From the IMG/VR virus record IMGVR_UViG_3300037424_001372, positions 64,001-128,000 of that record: a stretch of DNA of 64,000 nt; one strand, written 5' to 3'. Each line of letters opens with the position of its first letter. Position 1 is the stretch's first letter. Positions 18,951-28,618 of the stretch are shown piece after piece. Made by a program: the position numbers and the translations under genes. This DNA is from a virus (Duplodnaviria; Heunggongvirae; Uroviricota; Caudoviricetes). Below the pieces are notes generated by a model. That model saw only the letters and a program-made list of their open reading frames with translations, was not told the origin of the DNA and ran no database searches.

Positions 18951-19391
18951 TTAATTATTACCTGTTGAACCAAAACCATTGGTACTTCTAACAGTAATTT
19001 TATTAAAACTGCTGACTTCAATTAGACTAATTTTAGAATATTTAGCAATAACCATTTGTGCAATTCTTTCATCATTATTTATAATAAATGATTCTGCGCC
19101 AAGATTGATCAAAATAACCTTAATTTCGCCTAAATAATCTGTATCAATTGTACCCGGAGAATTAAGAACAGTAATTCCATGCTTGGCTGCTAATCCACTT
19201 CTTGGTCTAATCTGTGCTTCATGACCTTCAGGTAATTCAATAAAAATACCTGTTGGGACTATTGCTCTTTCTAACGGTTTTATTTCAATAGGTTTTTCAA
19301 TAAAAGCCCTTAAATCCATTCCAGAAGAACCTACTGTTGCATAGTTAGGTAGTTCATTGTTAGATTTATTAATAATTTTTATATTTTTCAT
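18951..19391 (-). CDS. dut: Trimeric dUTPase
   Basis: [37 protein letters not shown] motifs I-V. Confidence 0.97.
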   Translation of the reverse strand: MKNIKIINKSNNELPNYATVGSSGMDLRAFIEKPIEIKPLERAIVPTGIFIELPEGHEAQIRPRSGLAAKHGITVLNSPGTIDTDYLGEIKVILINLGAESFIINNDERIAQMVIAKYSKISLIEVSSFNKITVRSTNGFGSTGNN

Positions 19392-19392
19392 A

Positions 19393-19674
19393 CTAGCGAT
19401 TTTTCAAATTATTTAAAATATCATTAATTGTTTCTGGATAATCAGTTGTTTTTTCAATATCATTAATGAATTTTTGATAATCATCTTCAATTTTCTGACT
19501 ATTTTCACGAAATTCATTAATTTTTTTTAATGCAAATCTTGCTTGATAACCTTGTTCATCACAATCAATCCCAGCTAGATTACCCATAGCACAACTATAA
19601 TTTTTTTCATTAGCATAAAATTTCAATGCTTGTTCGAGCAAAGTAATTAAATTTTCATAATCATTATTCGTCAT
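19393..19674 (-). CDS. Hypothetical protein
   Basis: AL.FYA...NY motif, operon-like spacing. Confidence 0.6.
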   Translation of the reverse strand: MTNNDYENLITLLEQALKFYANEKNYSCAMGNLAGIDCDEQGYQARFALKKINEFRENSQKIEDDYQKFINDIEKTTDYPETINDILNNLKNR

Positions 19675-19999
19675 CTTTTAATTCATTTTCTTGTATGATA
19701 TTCTTTAAATCTTGGACTTCTTTAGGATATAAAGAAAATTCTCTTCGGTATGGATATTCATTTTTTTTGTTTATTTTACTATAAAAGAATTTTCCATGAG
19801 ATTCAGATTCTTCAAATTGTTTATAAAATTCCGGATTAATATTACTATAAGAATATGTGTCACCACGACTAAATGCAATATATAATCTCCGAATATTAGG
19901 AAAATACGTTGTTTTTAATATATTATCTGATTTAAAAACAGATTCAACGTATCCAATACTCTTATCTTCGTTTAATATTTCTTTTCTTTCAACTAACAT
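19664..19999 (-). CDS. KTSC-domain protein
   Basis: S.NI....Y......L.I.F..G..Y.Y.N.....Y..F..SESHGKFF...I. Confidence 0.75.
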   Translation of the reverse strand: MLVERKEILNEDKSIGYVESVFKSDNILKTTYFPNIRRLYIAFSRGDTYSYSNINPEFYKQFEESESHGKFFYSKINKKNEYPYRREFSLYPKEVQDLKNIIQENELKDDE

Positions 20000-20070
20000 A
20001 GTTTGGTCATTTTGGCAAATGTAAACATTTAATATTTAATCTCAAAGAGTATTTATATTTAAAGTAGTAT

Positions 20071-20838
20071 ATGTCGCTTCCAAAAAAAAATACCAAGTTA
20101 ACATTAGATATTAATCCGCCTGAAATAGGGACTAAATATCTTGAATACGGTTTTGATAGGATTGAAGAACTTATGAGGTTAACAGATGAGAAAACTAAAT
20201 ATCTTCCAAGAACCATATTATTAGAGGATATTGACCAATCAGTATTTGATTATATTAATATCGATAAAATGAAAATTGCTTTAGATGGTAAAGTAGTTCC
20301 GACATTTTATTTAGATAATGACCGTTGGGGGGAATTTAGTAAAACATGGAAATTTATGGACAACGATAAAAATGTACCTACTCCGTATATTACGATTAGA
20401 AGAATTGATAAGCAAGCGGGTACTCGTTTGGGCAGTAAATATAGAATTCCCGCACCACGTAGTTTTAGATACGTAAACGTTCCTATTTTAGATGAAGGTC
20501 AAGTAATTTATTTACAATTTAAAATGCCAGAACCAGTTAATGTTGACATGACATATGAAGTGGCTTTATTTACTAAATATCGTGTTGACGTGAATCAATA
20601 TGATGAACTAATTTTAAAAAATTTCGCATCCAGACAAGATTATATTTGGATTAAAGGTAATCCAATGCCTTTATTATTTGAAGGTTTTGCTGAAAGCAAT
20701 ACTATTGAAAATATTGATGGTGATCGTTTCTTTGTATCTAAATATGCGCTAAAAACACTTGGTTTTATTCAAGATGAAAAAGAATTTGAAATAGTTAAAA
20801 CAATTAGAAAAACAAGATTAGGTTTTTCAATAGAATAA
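20071..20838 (+). CDS. Tail completion/sheath terminator-like protein (gp15/gp3-like)
   Basis: P.ITIRR and P.PVNVDMTYEV..FT pattern; late motif at 20047-20057. Confidence 0.55.
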   Translation: MSLPKKNTKLTLDINPPEIGTKYLEYGFDRIEELMRLTDEKTKYLPRTILLEDIDQSVFDYINIDKMKIALDGKVVPTFYLDNDRWGEFSKTWKFMDNDKNVPTPYITIRRIDKQAGTRLGSKYRIPAPRSFRYVNVPILDEGQVIYLQFKMPEPVNVDMTYEVALFTKYRVDVNQYDELILKNFASRQDYIWIKGNPMPLLFEGFAESNTIENIDGDRFFVSKYALKTLGFIQDEKEFEIVKTIRKTRLGFSIE

Positions 20839-21729
20839 TCACACATTAATATTTGTCGAACCATTATCATAATTACCGTCATTTGATTGAAAAGTATTTC
20901 CTGAAGGGAACACTGGTTTTAAATTAGTAATATTTTCAACACCATTATTAATTTTCTTATGATAAGCATTATTCGATAATACTTGATATGGTTTAATTGT
21001 GATTGGTGTTGTTAAATCATTATAATTAAAAAAATTATATTTCCAAGTCATATCACTTATATTAATTTCAATTTTGAAGTACATTTTTTCAGGCGTTGTG
21101 AAATTTTCTATGGTTTTATTATAAAATAAATTCACGACACCTGTTTTTGAATTATAGAAACTATATTTACAATAAACATTAACAATATTATCTGTTTGAC
21201 CATCAATAAATTTTTTTGGAATTGTTATATAATAAAATGGATTTATTGAATTGAATGATATAAAGTATTTAGGTATTGAAGTATTATTAACTAACACACT
21301 ATTTAATATATTTGTATTATAATTTGATGATATTTTATTTTGAGTATAGCTATCGTAACTATCATATAAATCAACAATATAAAAACTATTTTTTACATTA
21401 ACAGTTCCATTTTGTATTTCATGTGTAGTAAAATTTGCCCCACCAGTTGGTCTGCCTAAAAGTACATCCCAAATTGTTTTAGTAAAAGAATTGGAATATG
21501 TAGAGTTATCTGAAGTAAAATAAAATTCAATATAAGTGCTTTCAAAAGGTGGGTTATATTTAAATCTATAAACCTCATTATCTGTAATTGGGTTTATTAA
21601 ATTTATTTTAGTTTTTTCAACAAGATTATCTATTTCTTGTTGAAGACCTAATATTTTATTATTTCCACCAAGATTAATTAACATTACTTTATCTTGTGAG
21701 TTAAATTTTATAGTTTCTTTAATTAACAT
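20839..21729 (-). CDS. Putative virion structural protein
   Basis: Asn/Thr/aromatic-rich, coupled to the upstream late-motif gene. Confidence 0.5.
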   Translation of the reverse strand: MLIKETIKFNSQDKVMLINLGGNNKILGLQQEIDNLVEKTKINLINPITDNEVYRFKYNPPFESTYIEFYFTSDNSTYSNSFTKTIWDVLLGRPTGGANFTTHEIQNGTVNVKNSFYIVDLYDSYDSYTQNKISSNYNTNILNSVLVNNTSIPKYFISFNSINPFYYITIPKKFIDGQTDNIVNVYCKYSFYNSKTGVVNLFYNKTIENFTTPEKMYFKIEINISDMTWKYNFFNYNDLTTPITIKPYQVLSNNAYHKKINNGVENITNLKPVFPSGNTFQSNDGNYDNGSTNINV

Positions 21730-23324
21730 GGTTTTCCAATATTATTTAAATCGGTCAAAGGTTTATTGTTTAATATTATTGAATTGTTCAGGTAAGATAT
21801 TTCTGAAAATACTTTAATCGTATTGTCGTGTATTTCAAATGATTCTATACTTAAATTGGGTTCAATACTAAGTATAATTTGATTATACACGTATCTTCTT
21901 CCATTAATAAAGGGATAATCTACTCCAACGCCAGTTAATGGTTCTACATAACCTTGTGGTAAAATATCTCGCCAAACATAAATACCAGACTCTTTTATCA
22001 TTGTTGCGTAATTAGGTATTTCACCATAAGCTTGGCCATTTGGGTTTGGGGTTAATTCGACTCTTATTCGTAATTCATCTCCAATTTTATAATGTTTATT
22101 AAATTTAGTTACGCCGATATATTCTGAATCATTATATATTCTAGTAGTACCATTAACTAAAACATAATCAGTCCCATTCGTATTTTCTTCGATATATGTT
22201 TTTACTAAATAAAAATCGTTTTCATAATTTAACCACATTTGTGATATAAATTCAAAATCATAGTTTGCATTTGTTTTAAATATTATCACACCTGTTGATG
22301 TATTCCAATAGTATTCATCGGTAATTTGATTATCCCAATTTTCGACATTGCTAGGATTATTAACAATACTTTGCCAAATTGATTTATTAAAAACAATATT
22401 TAAATTTGAATTATCTGGTGAAGATATTTTAAGTTTGGTAATATTTTCACGAATAATATCTAATTTAGCAGTATTAACAATATTATTTAAATATCTTAAT
22501 CTAATTGGAATAAGTGGATTATATGACCATTCTAACCAATAATTAATACCTTCTTTAATATATTTTGTTCTAATATAAAATTTTTGATTATCGATAACTT
22601 CTTGATAGAAATTATTTTTATCATAAACAACAATATCTTGAATATATTCGTTATTATTGGTTTTTACAATACTACCAATAGTTAAATCGGTTGTATTTAA
22701 AATATTTTTGATTGGATTAATACTGTCCCATTTTTTAAATGACATTTCTTCATTAAGACTATTGTTTCTTCTATATTGAATGAATATAAACACTTCGGTA
22801 ATTGGAAAACCAAAATAATCAAACATTTCACTTATATCAATGTCACAAGTAAAATTAAACGAATAGATTTGTTCACCATAAACATTATTACTAAAACCAG
22901 CATTATAAATTTCAAAAGATTTGTTTGTGGCAATTACTTGAAAATTCCTACCATAAAAATCATTACCTAAATCATTATAACTAGTTCCAGATGCAGGAGT
23001 AACTAAATAAAAATCAAATGAATTGAAAATGTTTTTTATATCGTTACTTGATTTAGGATTAAAGAAGTTATTTAAACCACTATAATTAGCAGATAATCCG
23101 TTTAACAATGATAAATATTCAATTCTACCATATATTCTATAAATAGCGTTTTTTTCTCTTTCTTCATCAAATACTTCCGTTGAGTTTACGGCATCATTAA
23201 CAGTAAATTCAGTGTTTTCAGACAAACTATTAAATAATTCGATTTTAATGATATTATCTTTATTAACACTATTAATGTTTTTTTGACTTCCTAATAATAT
23301 ATCGTATTGATTATCCATATCCAT
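21723..23324 (-). CDS. Putative virion structural protein (start probably ATG 23324 or 23318)
   Basis: EREK...YRIYG.I and WRD.L..GY......DYPF.NG..Y segments; late motif at 23322-23332. Confidence 0.55.
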   Translation of the reverse strand: MDMDNQYDILLGSQKNINSVNKDNIIKIELFNSLSENTEFTVNDAVNSTEVFDEEREKNAIYRIYGRIEYLSLLNGLSANYSGLNNFFNPKSSNDIKNIFNSFDFYLVTPASGTSYNDLGNDFYGRNFQVIATNKSFEIYNAGFSNNVYGEQIYSFNFTCDIDISEMFDYFGFPITEVFIFIQYRRNNSLNEEMSFKKWDSINPIKNILNTTDLTIGSIVKTNNNEYIQDIVVYDKNNFYQEVIDNQKFYIRTKYIKEGINYWLEWSYNPLIPIRLRYLNNIVNTAKLDIIRENITKLKISSPDNSNLNIVFNKSIWQSIVNNPSNVENWDNQITDEYYWNTSTGVIIFKTNANYDFEFISQMWLNYENDFYLVKTYIEENTNGTDYVLVNGTTRIYNDSEYIGVTKFNKHYKIGDELRIRVELTPNPNGQAYGEIPNYATMIKESGIYVWRDILPQGYVEPLTGVGVDYPFINGRRYVYNQIILSIEPNLSIESFEIHDNTIKVFSEISYLNNSIILNNKPLTDLNNIGKPC

Positions 23325-23407
23325 AAATACCAATATTTTTTAATAATTTGTAACAATTAGAATATTTTATCGTAATAATTGACATATTCTAACTAAATTT
23401 TTATAAT

Positions 23408-23875
23408 ATGAAAACATTAAATTATTTACCAATTATCTTATTCTTAACAACAATTTCAATGACAAGCTGTAGTAAAGAAAATGATCAGATTAACGATGGA
23501 CTTATTAACAAAGATCAGATTAATGATGAACCTATTGACACAAGTACTCTCGAACAAAAACATCTTGATTGGAAAAATCTGACTTATGTTCGTACTGAAA
23601 GAGATGGTGTTGTTCTCGATGTTGTTTATGTACATCCATATTCGATTAAAATTGTTGGTAATGATATAATTATTAAAGATCAAGAACATGATAAAATTTT
23701 TGAAGAAACATGTAATGATATTGAACTTATTTCGAATGAAGTTTATTTTTATCAACCGGATTTAACAAATGTATCTTATCCAAGATACATTTGGAATTAT
23801 GAAAAAAATAGTGGTTATATTTTATTAAGCACCACAGGTGCTTCCAATTATAAACATTGGATGAAGATAAACTAA
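23408..23875 (+). CDS. Bacteroidota-type lipoprotein
   Basis: MK + hydrophobic stretch + lipobox MTS|C followed by SKEND; internal DQIND duplication. Confidence 0.7.
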   Translation: MKTLNYLPIILFLTTISMTSCSKENDQINDGLINKDQINDEPIDTSTLEQKHLDWKNLTYVRTERDGVVLDVVYVHPYSIKIVGNDIIIKDQEHDKIFEETCNDIELISNEVYFYQPDLTNVSYPRYIWNYEKNSGYILLSTTGASNYKHWMKIN

Positions 23876-23883
23876 AATAATAA

Positions 23884-23908
23884 TGGGGACTTAATTTAAG
23901 TCCCTATT
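23884..23908. terminator. Bidirectional terminator hairpin
   Basis: GGGACTTA-AT-TTAAGTCCC between convergent genes. Confidence 0.6.
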
Positions 23909-23910
23909 TA

Positions 23911-26325
23911 TCATACTATTCTAAATTCCTTAACCAAAGCAATTATATCATTTTCATACATCCCCTTAAAAATATAAGCACTTGCATGGTCTTCGACAGC
24001 ATAAATACTTGCATATTCATCCCATCCATATTCAGTATATTCTTGTCCATTTGTGGTAGAACCACTACCAATTCCACCATATAATGGTCTTGGTTTAAGA
24101 TATTTATATAAACTTAAATTTAATGAGGTGTCAATACCTGTTTTAGCAAATATATCGCCTCTAGTATCACCAGTATATTTAATACTATCTGCTTCTTTAA
24201 ACATACGTGTATCGCCTTTTCTATTCCATAAACCTGCATTAATACCTTTATATGGAATATTTGCCAATTTATTTAATTCATTAGATGGTAATTGTATGAA
24301 AGTCGTTTGAAACGCATCGCCCCTTAATAAATTACGAGTATTGGTGATGTATGCAAAAATTTTTTGATTATTTTGTGTGACAAAGTGTTCAGAACCATTA
24401 GTGGTATCCCAATGATAGACATCTGCGAAACTATAGTTACGATCTTTACCTGAATCATAGGCCCAAACATATTGTGGGAATATTAAACTGAAGTTTAACC
24501 ATTGTCCGCCGAAATATCTATTAAATCGAAATTTATTGGTTGTTGAATATATACTATTTTCTTGACTACTATTTTTAATGAATTTAACATTATATGGAAA
24601 ATCATATCTATAAAATAAATCATTTACATCATTAGAATATGTTGAACCAGATGTGGTTGGAACCAAATAATTTAAATCATCGGTTGAATCTGATTGTGTA
24701 ATACTATCATATCCAGATGTTTTAAACCATAAACCTGCGGTGAATTTAGTATCGTAATAACTAATATCATTTGGAAATACACCAGTAGTGCCCATAGGAT
24801 CATAGAACATATTTTCGGTATTATCTTTACCAATACCATTATTATTAGTTGTTGATTTAACTGGCATAAATTGTGCTACTGCATAAACACTTCCACCGGT
24901 AAATGCAAAATATTCTCTTCTCCATTTATTATTATATTCGTTAAATGTTAATCCGTCAGTATAGCTATCGCTATTAGTTGTACTATCACTAGCTCTCAAT
25001 CCAGTACTTTGTGGAAGTTTTAACCAACCTCTAGCTTTATGTGCCAGATTAGGACCATTAAATTTTTTATCCCATGAATTATTAATTGGCAATTCTTCAA
25101 GGTTTGGATATTTAATCAACATCATACCATAAAATCTTGAAAAAATCCCCAATTCATAATCATCGTCAACAACGATCTCTTCACCCTCTTCATTAATATA
25201 TGATTTTCGTCTATTACATTGTAGATTAATTAAAAAACTGCCATCTTTTTGAACTATAAAATATTCTGATTTATCAACTTCATATATATCTTTATCATAA
25301 TCAAAATCATTTGGGAATATTAATTGATCATTTATGTCTATTGGAATTCTATTAGAAAACGTAAATATTCTGATTTCAGGATTACTTACCCTATAAGTCC
25401 TTATATCAAGATTATTTCCAAAACCACCTGATTGTGTGTGCAAAGAATAAAAACCCCTGTCTTCATCATTTGCATCAGGATTACCATATATACCATAACT
25501 ACCCATTGTCATTGTATTGCCAATAATTATGGTATTGGAAGTCAATACTGTTTTACTTGTTCTAAAATCTTGTCGGGTTATACCAATTTCAAAATTATCA
25601 ACATCCCCCCAAAATGGTCTAATATCAACACTAATTTCCTGAGTTTCGATATTTGGTAAATTATTTAAATCATCACTGGGTTTAATTGAGGTATTATTAT
25701 CAGTAAAAAGATTTTCGGAATAACCTGCAATAATCATACTACTGGGATTCATACTATATTCACCAATATCTGTAATATCCACACTCATATGAATTAATTG
25801 TGTTCCAATTGGCAATCCAAAAATCATATAATCACCAAATTTATTTGTTAATGCAGTATATTTATAATATTTCTTATATACATTAATCAATAAATTATTT
25901 CCAAGGACCTCTTCTTTTATTGGAAATGAACCAAACGGTTGACTTGGTTTATATGAACCGGTTTCATTGTTTATTTTAGCAACTCGTGGTAATAAATTAT
26001 ATCTCTTACCATTAAGATTTTTATCTCTTGGAGTTTTATATGGGTAAACACTATAAATTTCAGCATCATTTGCATCTTCATCAGTTAAAGGTATAAAAAC
26101 ACTAATTTTTGTATTAGGAATACCAACACCACCATTAGCTACAACCCTACCAACTAACACACCATAATCTGAATTAAAATTTTGATAAGCATCCTCTGTT
26201 GATATATTCATAGTTAAAAACTCAATTGTCTCAATATTTTGTTCGAGCTTAACAACAATATATTTATCTTGATTTTCATTACCAGTACTACCACTATTAA
26301 AATAAATTCTTTGTGATTTATTCAT
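23911..26325 (-). CDS. Large virion structural protein with an N-terminal carboxypeptidase-regulatory-like (Ig) domain; start revised to MNKSQRI
   Basis: GVLVGRV..NGGVGIPN.KISVF...TN.FGDYMIFGLP.G; late motif at 26340-26350 lies 14 nt upstream of ATG 26325. Confidence 0.6.
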   Translation of the reverse strand: MNKSQRIYFNSGSTGNENQDKYIVVKLEQNIETIEFLTMNISTEDAYQNFNSDYGVLVGRVVANGGVGIPNTKISVFIPLTDEDANDAEIYSVYPYKTPRDKNLNGKRYNLLPRVAKINNETGSYKPSQPFGSFPIKEEVLGNNLLINVYKKYYKYTALTNKFGDYMIFGLPIGTQLIHMSVDITDIGEYSMNPSSMIIAGYSENLFTDNNTSIKPSDDLNNLPNIETQEISVDIRPFWGDVDNFEIGITRQDFRTSKTVLTSNTIIIGNTMTMGSYGIYGNPDANDEDRGFYSLHTQSGGFGNNLDIRTYRVSNPEIRIFTFSNRIPIDINDQLIFPNDFDYDKDIYEVDKSEYFIVQKDGSFLINLQCNRRKSYINEEGEEIVVDDDYELGIFSRFYGMMLIKYPNLEELPINNSWDKKFNGPNLAHKARGWLKLPQSTGLRASDSTTNSDSYTDGLTFNEYNNKWRREYFAFTGGSVYAVAQFMPVKSTTNNNGIGKDNTENMFYDPMGTTGVFPNDISYYDTKFTAGLWFKTSGYDSITQSDSTDDLNYLVPTTSGSTYSNDVNDLFYRYDFPYNVKFIKNSSQENSIYSTTNKFRFNRYFGGQWLNFSLIFPQYVWAYDSGKDRNYSFADVYHWDTTNGSEHFVTQNNQKIFAYITNTRNLLRGDAFQTTFIQLPSNELNKLANIPYKGINAGLWNRKGDTRMFKEADSIKYTGDTRGDIFAKTGIDTSLNLSLYKYLKPRPLYGGIGSGSTTNGQEYTEYGWDEYASIYAVEDHASAYIFKGMYENDIIALVKEFRIV

Positions 26326-26375
26326 ATTTAAATATTTATTATAAATACTAATATCTAAAAACCGTTTTTTTTTCA

Positions 26376-28370
26376 TTAATATAGTTTTAATGAAAATTTT
26401 ATCGTTCCACAGTTATAGATTTTATAAATATTATGTTCGATTAATATTTCGTCAATAGTTTTATTATCATCATACCAACCCAATTCAATAATTCTTTTTT
26501 TTCTAAAATTAAATCTATGATATCTCTGTTTTTGATTGTTAGCAATATAATAATATGATGGTTTGTTAACATGAACTTCGTTAAAACCAATTTGTTTGTA
26601 TAAATTACCTTGACTAAATCTTAAATCTGCATATGTTATAATTTCATGTGGGTTGTATGTTTTAATAAAATATTTTAATAATTTACTCGCACCACCAATA
26701 ACATGTGTATTAATTTTATTACAAAATCTTGATAAATTAAAAAATTTATCAGAATTTTTAGCATTACCCAATCCTTTTCTTGCCGTATCAAAACACATAA
26801 TTGAAACTAAATCATTATTATAATATAAACCAATTGAAATTTCAGAAGGAACTGCTCCTTGGACATGATTTAACATTAAGAAATCACTTGTAGTCGATTT
26901 ATCAATTTCTTTTATGACTGTGTTTCTACCATAAATATTATTTTCAATAATATTTAGTTTTGACTTAATTATTGACTTTATTATTTCTTTTTTATAAATC
27001 CATTCATCTTCATAAACATGTAATAATTGAATACCTTTATTATTACATAAATTTGTTTTATTCAGATGATAATTTTTATCTTTAAATAATTCAGAATGCC
27101 AATAAAGACCATTAAATTCAATAGCTAATTTATATTCTGGAAGATAAAAATCTAATTCTTGTTTGTTATCTAAAATAGATTTATCATTATTAACCAATTT
27201 AATATTTAATGACATTAAAAATGATTTTAATTCTAATTCAATTATTGATTTATTTTCAGAAACGGGATTACATTTAGTACAAATATTTTCATGTTTATTC
27301 CAAATTAATCTACTATATAACAATGATTTGGAAATATTAAAATTATCATGTTTTTTACAATAATTATTAATAGTTACATAATCCCCAATAATATCAATAT
27401 CATTTTGATTTACATTTAATAAATTAGAATATTTTTTTATAAAATTTAAAATATTGGTTTTTTTAATTTTTAATATTATTTCAGGTGATTTTGAAATATT
27501 ATCGACACCATATTTTTTTATTGTTGTTTCTTTTGATTTTATTCTATTATTAAAATTTTCATCACCATATTTTTCTAATTTTATTTTTTTTACACTTTCT
27601 TTAATAACATCGCTCTTCATTGGGTTGTCGACACCATATTCTTTTATTAATGTTCTATTTTTTTTTAAACTAAATTCATTAGAATTAAAATAATGTTCAA
27701 CATCATACTTTTCTTTAACAGTCTTTCTGATTTTGTTTTTAATCTCATCAGATTTATTAGGATTGTCGACGCCATATTTTTTTAAATTAGTATTTTTGAC
27801 TATTTCTTTAATAACTTCACTCTTCATTGGATTGTCGACACCATATTTTTTTAAAAGAGTTTCTTTTTTTTTGTTTTTAACTTCATCTAATTGATTATGA
27901 CTTTCAACATTGTATTTCAATAAATTAGTTTGTCTTGTTTTTTCTTTAATAGTTGTAAGTTTTTGAGGGTGCTCAATACCATATCGTCTAATATTGGTTA
28001 ATTTAATTTTTTCTTTTATTTCATTAGATTGTAAAGCATATTTTACCCCATTTTTTATTATTGAAGTTTGTTCTCTTTTTCCTTGAACAGTTTTATCTAA
28101 ACCAAGACATTTCATTGAACAATATGACGAATAACCTTCACTAAATTTTTTAAATCGAACATCATTTTCACAAATAATACATTTGGGTGGATTAATCATG
28201 TCATGAGTAATTAAATATAACATTTCTGAAAATGAAATGTTGTTATCTAAAAACGTTTTAATTATCTCGTTATATAAATTAGTATAATATTTTTGAAAAT
28301 ATTCTTTTGTCATTCTTTTTCTATTGATTTTACCTTCAACAAAAATAATACTATAAATCTTTTCTTTCAT
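26376..28370 (-). CDS. Hef-like endonuclease/Mom-like GNAT fusion with about 9 KYGV repeats; start revised to MKEKIYS
   Basis: PKCIIC..YCS..C, 23-aa repeats, ELDFYLP..AIEFNGLYWH..HVYEDEW, HVQG, LSRFC, GGASKLL, YADLRFS, YNCG. Promoter motifs at 28390-28404. Confidence 0.78.
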   Translation of the reverse strand: MKEKIYSIIFVEGKINRKRMTKEYFQKYYTNLYNEIIKTFLDNNISFSEMLYLITHDMINPPKCIICENDVRFKKFSEGYSSYCSMKCLGLDKTVQGKREQTSIIKNGVKYALQSNEIKEKIKLTNIRRYGIEHPQKLTTIKEKTRQTNLLKYNVESHNQLDEVKNKKKETLLKKYGVDNPMKSEVIKEIVKNTNLKKYGVDNPNKSDEIKNKIRKTVKEKYDVEHYFNSNEFSLKKNRTLIKEYGVDNPMKSDVIKESVKKIKLEKYGDENFNNRIKSKETTIKKYGVDNISKSPEIILKIKKTNILNFIKKYSNLLNVNQNDIDIIGDYVTINNYCKKHDNFNISKSLLYSRLIWNKHENICTKCNPVSENKSIIELELKSFLMSLNIKLVNNDKSILDNKQELDFYLPEYKLAIEFNGLYWHSELFKDKNYHLNKTNLCNNKGIQLLHVYEDEWIYKKEIIKSIIKSKLNIIENNIYGRNTVIKEIDKSTTSDFLMLNHVQGAVPSEISIGLYYNNDLVSIMCFDTARKGLGNAKNSDKFFNLSRFCNKINTHVIGGASKLLKYFIKTYNPHEIITYADLRFSQGNLYKQIGFNEVHVNKPSYYYIANNQKQRYHRFNFRKKRIIELGWYDDNKTIDEILIEHNIYKIYNCGTIKFSLKLY
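27455..28065 (-). repeat. Array of about nine 23-aa T-x-x-x-KYGV-x-x repeats (69-nt period)
   Basis: For example TLLKKYGVDNPMKSEVIKEIVKN / TNLKKYGVDNPNKSDEIKNKIRK / TLIKEYGVDNPMKSDVIKESVKK. Boundaries approximate. Confidence 0.85.
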
Positions 28371-28618
28371 AATACAATTAATTAGGTTACAAAGATAAAT
28401 ACTTAATCTTTTAATTTCAAATAATTTTTTAATTAAATTAGAATAATAATTTGAAATTCGATTAAAAATGAAATAAAAAAATATAAAAATTGGATGATTA
28501 TTGTGGCGGAATCTGAATTGTATCAAATAATTAGTCTTTTGAATATTTTTCTAGTATTTATTTGAAATAGAAATGAATTTTTCAATAAAAAATAAATATA
28601 TTAAATAAAAAAAATAAG

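Noticed and set aside
23481-23537. Direct repeat GATCAGATTAA(C/T)GATG as a regulatory or CRISPR-like repeat
   Set aside because: Only two copies, in frame within the lipoprotein linker (DQIND twice).
26326-28526. N-terminal extensions of the track ORFs 23911..26376 and 26376..28526
   Set aside because: The extensions run through promoter motifs and low-complexity intergenic DNA; ATGs at 26325 and 28370 fit better.
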